A DNA stretch of 64,000 nucleotides, from contig CM114271.1 of assembly GCA_050084515.1 (NCBI GenBank), forward strand, positions 11,098,001 to 11,162,000, read 5' to 3'. Below, piece after piece: positions 11,431 through 23,015 of the stretch (positions are counted from its first letter, which is position 1; every line of letters begins with the position of its first letter). A program made the translations under genes and the position numbers. The notes beneath the pieces were generated by a model. The model had not been told where the DNA came from. It ran no database searches and saw only the letters and a list, made by a program, of their open reading frames with translations. Origin of the DNA: Blasia pusilla (lineage: Eukaryota).

Positions 11431-12115
11431 TTCCCAACCTGTTAGATCGTCGTGGATGCAGGGTGGAAGAAAATCACTTCTAAAAATCTTTCCTTTCTTA
11501 TGGTGAGCTTTCTTACGGGTTGGGAGGGGTCCAGCTTCTCGCTTTCTCAGCCTCAGGATCTGAATGAAGGGACATCAGTTCCTCTTTACTCCAAACAGCT
11601 AACAATCTTTTGGTTCAATTATCCTCTCATGTGTTCACATTTCACAAAGTTGGTCTTGAGCATACACCATTCATAACCAACAGAAAGTTGGTTATGGAGC
11701 AATTCAGGGGAGGCCATGATGCAGGCAACAATCCCTGCAAAAAGAGAGGTTGGCATCCGGGTGGTCCTCCAACAAAAATACCCATGGGCACTGCTTTTTG
11801 TAGACCAAGATAGTTAATGTTAAGAAACTTAGGCTCACATGGAGAGTGATGGAAAAATGTTTGTAGTGGTCTTATGATGTCTACTTTTTTTTCGCCCCCA
11901 GTAAAAAGGAGGTTGTTTTAGGGCCAAATGTGGACCACTACCTACTCTCTTCTAGAGATTTCATGAATTTGAAAGGAAACAAAAATTTCAAATATGTCAA
12001 AAAGTTTTGAAGAGAGGAGGCGAATTTGGCCCTTTTTTTTTAAGAGAGACTCTCCTCTCTTCCTCTCCTCTCTTACTCTCTCCTGCCAGAATACCAGCCC
12101 CCGCCATCGTTGCAG

Positions 12116-13614
12116 GGATTGAACATTCATGAAAATGCCCTCTGCCCCAACATAAGTGGAGCAGAAAGTGTTCATTCCTCCTAGAGGTTGTCACAAGCAT
12201 GCCAACGAATTTCACTTGTGGAGGCATGCGAACAAGACCACGTAAGAGCAATGCTACAGTCTGCAGCATCCCATATCTTCCTCACAAAAGGCATAACAAA
12301 AGGAAGGGGTCTTGATCTCACGAGCTCTATGTCGTAGTATTTGTGAGATCTGGTGATGAAAAACTCTATGTGGAAGCCTTCAACTGGTGCGTAGCAGGAA
12401 CTCCCCTCGAGCAAGATGTACATATTGGTGGGGATATTTGTGGGCGCGTTTCAAGACGTCCAATACAGATGGTGGTAGAGCAGTCCGAGCGAGACTCGTG
12501 GAGACCACATAAGTATCAGGCAAGTGAAGAGCCAGCATGGAGGAACGAATCCAGTGAATGATTTGGATGAGGAAATTACGCCGCCCAGGTATTCGGGGAC
12601 CTCGAACTGCTCCCAAATCCGTGATGGAGTAACTTCTCCAAAATCAGTGAATGTTTTATTTCAAAAGCCCTCCGTTGCTGGAAGTTCGCAACATCCGGTC
12701 GTTGGGGTGGTTCAACAATATGGGATTCCGGTCATGGAAGTGGATTGCAACATGAAACGGTGGCATATATCTCGGAGCAACCCCGGACGTGGACCCACTT
12801 GCAGAGCATGATCTGATGGCATGAGGAGAGCATGCGGCACTTTCCTAAATAAGAATGCATAAGGAAGGATTTGGGCGACCCTTTGCCTGGGTTTTGGGGA
12901 CTCAAAACCTTTGATCGTTTCACGAGGACCGGGGATCAATTGAAGTACTTATTTTGCCCAAATGAATTTTGCGCTTTCCGCAAGTCTTATCCGGCTGCCA
13001 TTGGAGCTCCAAGGAATACCCCCACGATTTGGCCCATCGTCGCACGTACGAATTGGACTCAAGACGAAGTGGAAAATCTTATAAGTGCCGGTTTCAGACT
13101 CGTAGACGGAGGAAGTTCAGAGCATGTTTGCATTATAGAGACCTTTGCATTTCGTATTCAACCCAAGATTGACGTCAACATGTACCCGGAGAAGGTGGAT
13201 GATCTCAATCCACTATTTCTGTTTGAGTCTAGAAATGGGGTGAAGAGAAACAGAATGTGTAGGCCAACGGTGGAGAGAGCAAAGCGAATTGCATCAGGTC
13301 GAGAGGCAAAAATGGAGATCATCGCCACCAAAGATGTCCACAGTGGAAATGGAATAGGAAGGATGTATTGGGTCAGGAACAACACTGTAAATTCAAGTGT
13401 CACAAGGGTGTATGTGGTGCACCTCTGTTGCTTTCCCACATGTTCATGTGATGACTTTGTCCAAAGAGAGACAAGTGGCAAAAGGTATTTCCCTTGTAAG
13501 CACATGTACTATGTGTTGCTTGTAGTTTTAAGAGAGTCGGAGGTAGGAGTAGGAATCCACGAACCAATTCTCTCCCTTAAAGAAGTGCAAAGTATTTTAA
13601 ACAAACCACTTTGA
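12116..13614 (+). pseudogene. 3' exon of MULE transposase (catalytic E region + SWIM zinc finger), frameshifted
   Basis: Contains NISGAESVHSS and the SWIM motif PTCSCDDF...YFPCKHMYYV (CxC-x(n)-CxH). Closely similar to 42310-43819. Confidence 0.85.
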
Positions 13615-15019
13615 GGATGCAAAATGAGGTTTTAGACTGTACTTTCATTTTTCCAGAACCTTCACTTTGAGCTTGAACTCTATTCAGCCGAGGGCAAATG
13701 ATAGATTTTTTTCCAGACCTTGGATGGAAAAAGTGATTGGTTCCACACTTATGATTCCATTGATTTTTCAGTTTTCTAAATTTTGTCCAATTTGCAACTC
13801 GTCGGACTCAGAGGGGTTGCCAAAATGTGGAAGAGGAAAAAAAATTGTGGGAGTGCTTAAGAACTGAGCACAAAAGTGCAAAAAAAATCACACAAAAACT
13901 TTCCTCTCTTCAACCCAACGGAAACTCTCTTCAAATCACAGGAAACTCTTTAAAAAAAATATATCTATTTCGGTTGAAGGTAGTTTCCTCTCTCCTCTCT
14001 CTTCTCTTCCTCTCTTCCTCTCCTCTTACCACACCTTGCACGTTGTTGGGGGCGGCCATTGTTGTGTACCGCACTCCTTTATTTTTTGCTTCCGATGTTA
14101 TGACGTTGGGGGGTACGCCTCTGGAGGCTTTTTGGTTGTCCGCTACACTATGTGAGCGCGGAGTTGGAGTTCCTGCATCACGTTCAGAGGTGATTGCAGA
14201 GGAGGTGATGGACCTACCCTTGGAGTGGATGCTCGGGCCGTCTATGTCATATTCATGGCAGGCTGCAGTTGCTAGGATGGCGGAGATGCCTGCTAGACCC
14301 GCGATAGAGCTTTTAGTCTGCAACGCGTCTTGTTGGATTCAGGAGCATAACCTCTGATGTTGGGGAAAGCGTCATTCAGAGGATTGGGCTTGACGAGAGC
14401 CCATGTGGAGGGTTGTCCATTCCGAACAGAGACATCCTTGGGTGGAGCGAGTACCACATAGTATATTACCCGAAAGGAGGTCGTGGTGAGGATTCGCTCG
14501 AGACATCCTAGAGATGAGTCCGTGGTGCGAGCCAAGGCTATAGTGATTGATGCAGGGTCCTACGACATCTTGGTTGGTAGAGTAGTGTTATACCCGATGG
14601 GATTTTCCTTGGATTACTGGGAGGAGTCAGCGTCCTACAGACCAGGATGGCAGTCAAGTGATGGGCACCTTAGCTCATTATCCATTCGATTCACAAGTGT
14701 AGTGATCGAGCAATGGCCAGGAGAGATGGCGACCTTAGCAGCATTTAGGAGTGCCATCACTTGGCCTAATGATTTGATTGAGGGACATGTCCATGTAGAG
14801 GATACTCGCGTTCCTGACATTTCTATGGAGAGGAGTGTTATGGTAACCGCATCATTCCGTGGAGGAGAGGTGCCACCGTGGGGTTGGACTGAGGAGCTTC
14901 GACAATTGGCATATGAGCACGTGCAGACCGCGTGGAGCGAGGCGTTTGCCACGGAGCGTGATGGGTCTGAGGAACCCGAGGTAGCAATGAGTGCTACAAT
15001 GACACCCTTGGATACCACA

Positions 15020-15945
15020 CCCATTGTGTGGTGTATCCCGGAGGAGGGTATTCGATTGTTAGATCTCTTCGGAGGGATTAGCACTAGGTTAGCAGGAGTG
15101 CGAGTGCAGCAGTACGTGTATGTGGAGAGTGATGATGTTGCGAGGCGCCTCTCACTACGATATGTGGCGTAGTTACGCCTACGTTTTCCCGACTTGTTTT
15201 TTGCGTCCGCGGTATAAGGGTACCAGAGTTCCCTACCGAGGGATATTTTGTTGTTGGGGGTGCAGGACTTAGAGCGATTAGGCACCATTGATTTGGTCAT
15301 TGCCGGTTGGCCATGTCAAGGCCAATTGAGTGCTGGACAAGGCAGCGGGTTGGCTGACACTCGATCCAGGTTGTTTTGGGAGATATGGAGGGTCTTATGA
15401 CAATTGGAGGAGCACCAATCTCATTCTCCAGCCTACATTCTCGAGAATGTGCCGATCTTAGGAGACTCCAGGTCACGGGTGGTGACGAGTGCTAATCGGG
15501 TGCGTGTCTGGATCGGCCTAGCGGTGTTCTTGGATGCGACGAATGTAGGTTCTAGAGCCCATCACCCGTGTCTATGGTGGATCAACTTGGTGCCCTATGC
15601 GGTGTTATGGAGGGCGTATGCGAGAGTGGAGCACCCTCCCATTTGTTAGTGGATTCCATGTTGGATCCAGATTGCAGGCCACGAGCAGCCTTTCCCACAT
15701 TTGTGAGTTTTCCCGATTCCTCTGCACAAGGAGGCCGGTCCTGGCTTGGTTTGGGATGACCAGGTTCAGAGGTTGGTGGAGCCCAACGCCGACGTGAGAG
15801 AGTGGGCGATGGGATTTCCCACAAGAGTGACGGCACTCTTGTCAGTATCAGAGGCATCACGACGCCATGTCTTGGGTCAGGCGATGGACCTGAACTGCTT
15901 GACATGGATCTTCAGCTTGGGAGTGGCTGAGCAGCGTCGAATGAG
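15020..15945 (+). pseudogene. C5-cytosine DNA methyltransferase domain embedded in Gypsy pol
   Basis: In the same frame as the protease: motif I LLDLFGGI, II YVYVESD, IV IDLVIAGWPCQG (catalytic PC, 15311-15316), VI YILENV, VIII GSRAHHPCLWW (degenerate RxR), IX EPNADVREWAMGFP, X LGQAMDL. Several in-frame stops. Confidence 0.9.
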
Positions 15946-18374
15946 ATTGCGACAGATCACACTGGTTGGGTTGGTGAGCCCCATGCCTACTGAGACGGTG
16001 GAGGCAATGGCTGGGGGCGAGACCCGAGGAGATCGACACACCATGGGAGATCGGGAGAGACACCCTTGGACTTCTTGGGATGTTTTGCAGGTACGCTAGG
16101 AGATGATAGCCACAACATCGAGCGTGGTTCCGGGGACTGCATTTGGAGGAGATCAGAGTTTGCAGTTGGGTGTAGGAGAGCGGTCGAGTATTGTTGTTCG
16201 AGACGGGGTTGCACCATAGCAACCACCGATATCTACGTCGGAGAGACCTACCGTAGTCACGATAGAGACTTGGGAGCCACATATGGGCCCTAAGTTGACA
16301 GATGTGAGCCATGTTCGCGCATTCATGGGATTGGCGAATTTCTATCGGCGGTACGTCAAGGGATTCAATTCGATTGCGAAGCCGTTAATCTTGCTCACCA
16401 AGGTGGATCACGAGTGGCACTAGGGGGATGAGCAGGAGCGAGTATTTCATTTACTCAAGGACAGGTTGACCTCTGCGCCCATCTTGAGGAGACCGATCAG
16501 GGGGTATCCTTTCCAATTGCACACATATTGGAGCATGTTGGGGCTTGGAGCGGTGCTCACCCAGCATGATGATGAGGGTAGAGAGTTCGTGGTGGCTTAC
16601 ACTAGCCGCTCGAACAACGCTGCAGAGGCAAAGTACAGCTCGTATGAGGGTGAGTGCTTGGATGTAGTGTGGGCTGTTGCGCATTTCAGGTGTAACTTAT
16701 TCGGCAACCCCTTTACCATCATCACTAATCATCAACCACTAAAGTGGTTGATGGAGTCCGACAAGCTTTCAGGGAAGCTTGCGAGATGGGCTCTGTTTTT
16801 TGAGGAGTATGATTTTCAGGTGGTAGATAGACCTGGGACGCTCAACCAAGATGCAGATGGGTTGAGTCGTAACCCATGCGCGAGTCAGCGAGATGCGACT
16901 GGAGCTCGATGGCATGGAGAGAGTGATGAGAAGTCAGTGCTAGGATGGCACGCGTGAGCCTATTTAGGCATGTTGGCTATGGAGAGCTAGAGTGTGGAGA
17001 CTTCGATGGCGAGGTCTAGTGGAGAGTCCTTGGATCCCGAGCCGAGTGAGGAGACAACAAGTGGCCGAGATATTCATGATGATGGAGTAGTCTTGGAGTA
17101 CCTTTGTACTGGCAGCGTTACGAGCACCGTGGTCGCTAAAGAGCGGGATCGGATCCTATAGCGGGCCAGACGGTTCCGGTGGGAGGGGACACATGTTTTA
17201 AGGGTTTGGGAGGATGGTAGAGTACGCGTAGTGCCGCATCCTTTGCAGAGAGCACGACTAGTGCAGCATGCCCATGAGGAGTTGGGTCACTTTGGGGTGA
17301 AGCGAACGTAGAGCTTGCTCTAGATTCAATATTGGTGGCGAGGCATGCAGATTGACGTTCAGCAGTTTGTTGCTAGGTGCATGGTGTGTGATCGGGTCCG
17401 AGCATCCTTCAATGCTCTGACTCCACAGTTGCATCCATTACCGATCATGGGCTTAGGGTATAGATGGAGTTTCGATTTTGCAGGACCTTTGCCTTTGACG
17501 AATCGTCATAGTCGTTATGTGTTGGTGATGATTGAGCACTTCTCGAAGTGGATCGAGTTGGTTGCATTGCCTGACAAAGCGAGTGAGGGAGTAGCTTATG
17601 CCTTCCTTGACAGAGTTTTGAGTCATTGTGGCGCACCGGCTGAGGTGTTGACAGACCAAGGTACCGAGTTTCGCGGTGAGTTCCACGCCTTGTGTGATTA
17701 GGCGTTGATCAACCACCGCACGACTTCGAAAGATCATCCCGAGGCGGATGGATTAGCAGAGAGAGTTGTGCAGACAGTGAAGAGAGGTTTATGCAAGTAT
17801 GGTTTGCAAAGAGGTCACCTAGGAGATTGGGACCTTCAGTTTCCGTGGTTGGCCATGGGATACAGATTCATCAGACAGGAAGGCATCCTTAGCGTCTTTT
17901 TCACCGTACTTGCTACTTTATGGCCGAGATCCAAATTCACCTACGGCCATTCGTCGAGATGTTGGTGAGGTTTCGGACCTGATGATCCAGATGTATGGAT
18001 GCGAGCATGTTCTGAGAGGGTTGAGTTGTTTTAGAGAGTGATGCCCATGGCGTTCGAGAACTTGGCGATTGCGCAACATCGGGATACGTTGAGGAATGCG
18101 ACTATTCGGGATGGTGGTTATCAACCAACTATTTGGAGGTCTCACCCAAGGAGATTACGTCTACTTGTAGTAGACGACACCGACGACGTTGGATGTGACT
18201 GAAGGGTGCATTATCCTGAGAGTGCGTGACGTTTTGCCATGCGGTGTTCTCTTGCTGGAGGGGCCGCGATGGTATGGTATGGAAGGACCATGTGCATAAT
18301 TGTGCACCATATCACCTTCCTAACATTGATGGTACAGTAGATCCGAGCTTAGCAATAGTTCCTACAGGATTGCA

Positions 18375-18510
18375 TTGTATGTTGTGTGGTTTGCTCGTGG
18401 TGCGGCCACGATGCTAGTCTGTGATGGATGTTCGAGAGGTTGGCATATGGCATGTCAGACGCGACCTCTCACTAAGGTTCCTCGGGGACGATGGATGTGT
18501 CCTTGATGTA
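18375..18510 (+). pseudogene. PHD finger at the integrase C-terminus
   Basis: CMLCG...MLVCDGCSRGWHMACQT..L..VPRGRWMCP*C gives a C4HC3 pattern, with one frameshift. Confidence 0.85.
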
Positions 18511-18703
18511 CATAAAGGAGATACTAGGCAGGTTTCGATTCTGACTTTTTCTATGACATGGATGACAAGAAGGCGACTAACGATGGGGCCACATGAGCAA
18601 CCGACCTTTGTGCTCTTAGCGTCCTAGAGATGTATGTCGTGGTAGGTAGGGATAGATGGCTATCAGGAGTTAGAGGGACCTAACCACCTACTAGGGGGGC
18701 GAT

Positions 18704-19469
18704 TAGAGATATTTTGGTACTTCTCACCTCTGTGTTTGGATGCATGAGTTAGCATGGGATCGTGCGTGTTTGTGTGTGTGTTCGGTGACAATGATATATG
18801 TTGTGTAGCAATGTGTATGCACACGAAAACTATCATGTCTTTTAGGATAGATCGATGAGATCTAGTAGAGCGCCTTTGTGAGAAGTGGAGGATAGGCTCA
18901 ATAGGTTTAGGATGACTTGCTGAGGCCTAAGGAAACTTGAGAGAGTAGGTTTTCCTTTCGTTTCGGCTCATTTGGAGCCATATTGAGAAACTTACTATTT
19001 TAGGTAAGTACCATTTTGAGTATTTGATCGACTTTCTATTTTTGTTAAATGACCCTTGACCTCCTACTTTAGGTCAAGAGCCAAGGAGATGACTTGGGAG
19101 AATAGGTTACAATGGAGAGAGCTTGGGAGAGGGAAGGGGTATACCTTAAGGAGATAGAGCTTGAGAGCTCATTCTCTCTTTGTTGAACCTCTTGGCATGA
19201 GGCGGCGGAGCTATGGTCCCTTGCCTTGTGAGTGTAACCCAAGCCTCTCATTAGGAGAGTGGGTTTCGTTTGACATGAGAGAGAGTGCACACCTTTGAGA
19301 GCTGTGGTGTGAGATGGTGTAGAGAGATTGGATCTTACTTTATTGGAGATATTTTGGTACTTCTCGCCTCTATGTTTGGATGCCATGAGTTAGCATAGGA
19401 TTGTGCGTGTTTGTGTGTGTGTTCGGTGACAGTGATGTATGTTGTGTAGCGATGTGTATGCGCACGATA
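18704..19469 (+). repeat. 3' terminal A-B-A structure of DNMT-Gypsy (A ~125 bp at 18704-18828 and 19344-19469)
   Basis: Direct repeat t(g/a)gagatattttggtac...gcacga(c)a. The B-A portion recurs on the minus strand at 61751-62402. Confidence 0.8.
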
Positions 19470-19661
19470 AGATTGAGGAGTGGAGTTTTAGGCCGGGTGT
19501 GCCGCTTTTACTCTTATTTTTGTTATGTGATCTCGATGTATATATATGAGTTGATTTTTTGTACTTGTGTGGATCTACTTGTATGTTGGGGGATATTAAT
19601 GTTGTGTGGTGTGGATGTGACCAGCGATATATATTGTGTAGCGATGTGTATGTGCACGACA

Positions 19662-19687
19662 CGTGGATCGCACGGCAACCTTACTAG
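19662..19687 (+). mobile_element. Helitron-like 3' end (hairpin + CTAG|T)
   Basis: Imperfect hairpin cgtggatcgcacg followed ~9 nt later by ctag|t. Confidence 0.45.
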
Positions 19688-20299
19688 TAAATTATAGAGG
19701 TTAAACATTTTTATAATATTATCCATTAGATGAGTGCCTTTGCCATACACCTGACCAATAATCATGTTGCCCTAAACTTTAAAATAAATATTTCTACATT
19801 TATTATCCCACAATGTCAATTAGAGAGGTGTTTACAATCAATAAATCATTCTCGCTTATAAATATAAATTATGATATCATAATGTGCAAGTGCACCGCAT
19901 ATATAAGAACTAACTTACCTATATTATTAAAAGAGGATGGGCCCCCTCTGGTGTGGACACGTAGGCTTTTTGAAGCCTCCCTATATTGACACTTGTACAA
20001 GAGAAACTAAGAACTAACAAAAAGAACTAAGGTGCATGTTCCCCATATGATTTTTTCACATGTGCATCGCACAGATAAGATGCTAGTTCTTATTGAAGGA
20101 TGCACACAAATTAAAACACTAATAAGGTGCTGGTGCGATGCACGCGAAATAAAAAAGTGTTTGAAGAGTTTTTGTCAGTGTGTAGTCCGTGAAGGGAAGG
20201 GATTGATGATGTTGCACAAAAATTCAAACTTTTTACTTTGCTGGCCGTATAAGGAGAAACATTTTCTTGCTGCCCACTTGCCACATATCAAATAGAGAG

Positions 20300-22491
20300 G
20301 TTTTTGCAATTAAGAAGGCACTCTCCCATAATAATGTAGATTTTTTGCAATTAAAAAAAACACCAAAAGAGAATTATGTGACTAAATTTGAAAAAGTAGG
20401 AAAAAGTAGAAGGGATTTCTTATTTTTTGAAGAGGGAAATAAGAAATAGGAAAAGAGAAAAAATGAAAAAATGAAAAAAAAAATTTATTATAATATTTTT
20501 GAAGGGTAGGTTCGGTAGCTTGAACGTATCCCTACCCTAAGACCCACCTAACCGCGGCCGTCGGCGATCTGTATCAGGTCTCCATCCAACGGTTGGATGT
20601 AAGTGGCCGTTGGATTGGCATCGAACGGTGGAGACCGCCATGCTGTTGTCTTCGCCGGCCCAAGCCGACTCTGCACTCATTGCAGGCCCTTGGCGTCTCT
20701 ACCCCCTTCCCCCTCCCTTGAGTCGACACTCCTGGTCGAATGGGGAGAGGGATCAAACTTCGCTCTCCCCTCCACTTCCCTTCCGCTCTCCCCTCCACTT
20801 TCCTCTCGCTCGTTCGCTCTCGACTCGCGCTCATTCTCCTTTTGCTGTCACTACATCCTCTTTGCTCCACGGCGCTCTCCCGGGTACACAACTATAGAGG
20901 CACGCTCGAGTGCAGTCGCGCTTAAGTGCAGGTGTGCTTGAGTACAGGCATGCTCGAGTGCATGCGCGCTAGAGTATAGGCGAGGTCGAGCGGCTTTCAA
21001 AGTTGCCTCAAATTTTTCCCGATGCGTGTTCCTCGACGCGTTCAGAGAGGGCCTTTGTTATTTCGTTTCAGTTACTTCCATTTGGTTGCGCTTGGGCTCA
21101 AGGTCCCCTGCTCAACGGTGGCTCTAGCTCCTGCCCACTCGCTCCTTGAATTTTTGCTCCCTAGGTCCCGCTTGCATCTGCCTTCTTCCTTGGTTTTTCC
21201 TTCGCCCTTTCTACGCTTAGCTGTGCTTGACAGGATGCTCACTTTGCGGAAGTTTTAGGTGGTTTCTCAATGGGTGGTCCAACTGTTTGTCCAATAGCTT
21301 TGCATTAAGCCACACACATCAAGCTTGTAGCTCTCCGACTGTCGAGGGTGGGAGGGGGTCAAAGCTCTTGTGAGTGGCCTTGGCATGTGCTATGGGCTAG
21401 TGTTGTTGAAGTTGTGCAATTTTCATGACTTGTAGCTTGCTCCTTGGTCTAAGAGTACTCAAATTGAAGACAAGAGAAAGGGCAACATGGAGACGTAGGA
21501 GACCCTTTACACCGAAATTCTTTTTCGATGAAGCCACCTTGATTACTCTTTCCCTTTCCTTGGGTGGACTTCCTTGTTGTTACTTTTGTTGCCAGACCGG
21601 TCGTTTTGGTTGATGCCGTATATTATGCGCTTGTGTGTTGGGGGTGCTTGCAGGTTGGGAGTTGAAGTTGTTGGAGCGTGTGTGGTGATGCAGCACTTAG
21701 AGAATCGGGAGTAGGATGAGCTGAACCAAGAGTTGGAGGAGCTGCTGGAGGTTCCGAAACAGCAATAGGAGTTGCCAAAGGAGCCGAATGGGGAGTTGGA
21801 GCTGCTAAAGGAGCTGACTCGAGAGTGGGAGTTGCTGAGCAATCGGACCTGCCAAAGGAGCCGAATCGGGAGCTGGAGCTACTAAAGGAGCCAACTCGAG
21901 AGTGGGAGCTGCCGATCATTGTGTAGAGGACTTGAAATGCAGGAACAACAAAATAGCAACATTAAGAGTAGAGCTCGAAGACACACAATATCTATTGCAT
22001 GTGTAAATGATATATTCGTCAATACAGCTCATAAGCGTACCAATAGCTAGAGCAATGGCTTGTAACATTTCATTGAATGAGTAAAGATCCGATGTTACCT
22101 ACGTTCAAATGAGACATGATGTTACTTGAGGAGAAGTGCGCATAGTGAGTTTGTAACACATAAATACTTATACTCTATAAGGTCTTGTAAGCCGTGACAC
22201 CTTTTCGAAAAGCAAGAGGTCCATTAAATCAACGGATCTCCCTCATGCAACGGATTTGACTATCTTCGAGAACAGAAAATTCGAATGATTAAAAAAAGAA
22301 CTGTTTTCACGGCGGAAGTTCCAAAACCCTAAGGACCCCCAACGGCTTAAAAAAAACCCATCCAAAAATTAAGAATCGCAGAACTACATATCAGACCGTT
22401 TGGAAACGCCGCATTTAGTTGGGCCAAAATACCACGTGTCAGATGCTCACGTGTTTAGGTGGGGAGAAGGCACTCTCCCATAGTAGTATAG
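20300..22491 (-). mobile_element. Probable non-autonomous Helitron remnants (two 5' termini on minus strand)
   Basis: Minus strand reads TCTATACTACTATGGGAGAGTGCCTTC at ~22490 and TCTACATTATTATGGGAGAGTGCCTTC at ~20340, resembling the mini-Helitron start at 31125. Internal 15-bp (20900-20990) and ~72-bp (21765-21912) tandem repeats. Confidence 0.4.
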
Positions 22492-23015
22492 ATGATATCT
22501 CTAGTAAAATTTTTTATTAGAGATACACTCAAATTAAAACAAAATATCTCTAATAAATGTTTATTCGAGAGATCATGTTTTAATTTGCGTGCATCCATCG
22601 TACACTATTTCTGGGAAAATAGATAAATCTCAAATTGTGGGACCGTGAGTGTGATCATGCGACGTTGGATGGCGATCTAACGGTGGTAACGTTTCCTTGC
22701 ACGCGGCAAAACTTGAAAGAAGAGCAACTTCTGGGCCCAATGGGCAACTTCTAGGACCAATACGCACCGTTAGCGAGGTAAGTGCCCCGCGACGTTAGCA
22801 GGAGAAGCTTTAGGGTTTCTTGCCTGATTTCTTGATGGACTCGGTTTGAGCGAAGTTCAAGTTCAGGAAGGCAAACAAAGAAACCTTCATAGTTTGAGAG
22901 GACGAGAAATAACCATCTTGTTCTCTGGATTGTCGTGGCTCTCGTGGTTATCCAGCGCGATCAAGTTGCGGATGCTAGAGCGGTTTATTTTGGCCGCTTT
23001 GCACAGTTTTGCATA

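Larger units (their letters stand above)
3987..12101 (-). mobile_element. MULE-like element copy 2 in inverted orientation: truncated transposase 5' end (-), palindrome array, ParB-MTase gene (+), putative terminus near 12101
   Basis: 3987-7451 is the diverged reverse complement of 1-3550. The pyrimidine tract at 12052-12085 resembles the tracts after the transposase at ~13990-14031 and ~44188-44218, suggesting a degenerate TIR. Confidence 0.65.
14031..19661 (+). mobile_element. Degenerate Ty3/Gypsy LTR retrotransposon: PR - C5 DNA methyltransferase - (RT core missing) - RNase H - integrase - PHD - PPT - terminal repeats; 5' end missing
   Basis: Protease VLLDSGA* at 14327. RT thumb VRAFMGLANFYRRYV at ~16310. 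RNase H (LGAVLTQ..AYTSR..YSSYEGEC..NQDADGLSR). Integrase zinc-binding HHCC (HEELGHFG..CMVC) and DDE core (DFAGP, TDQG, AER). PPT-like AGGGGGGCGA at 18693. Confidence 0.9.
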
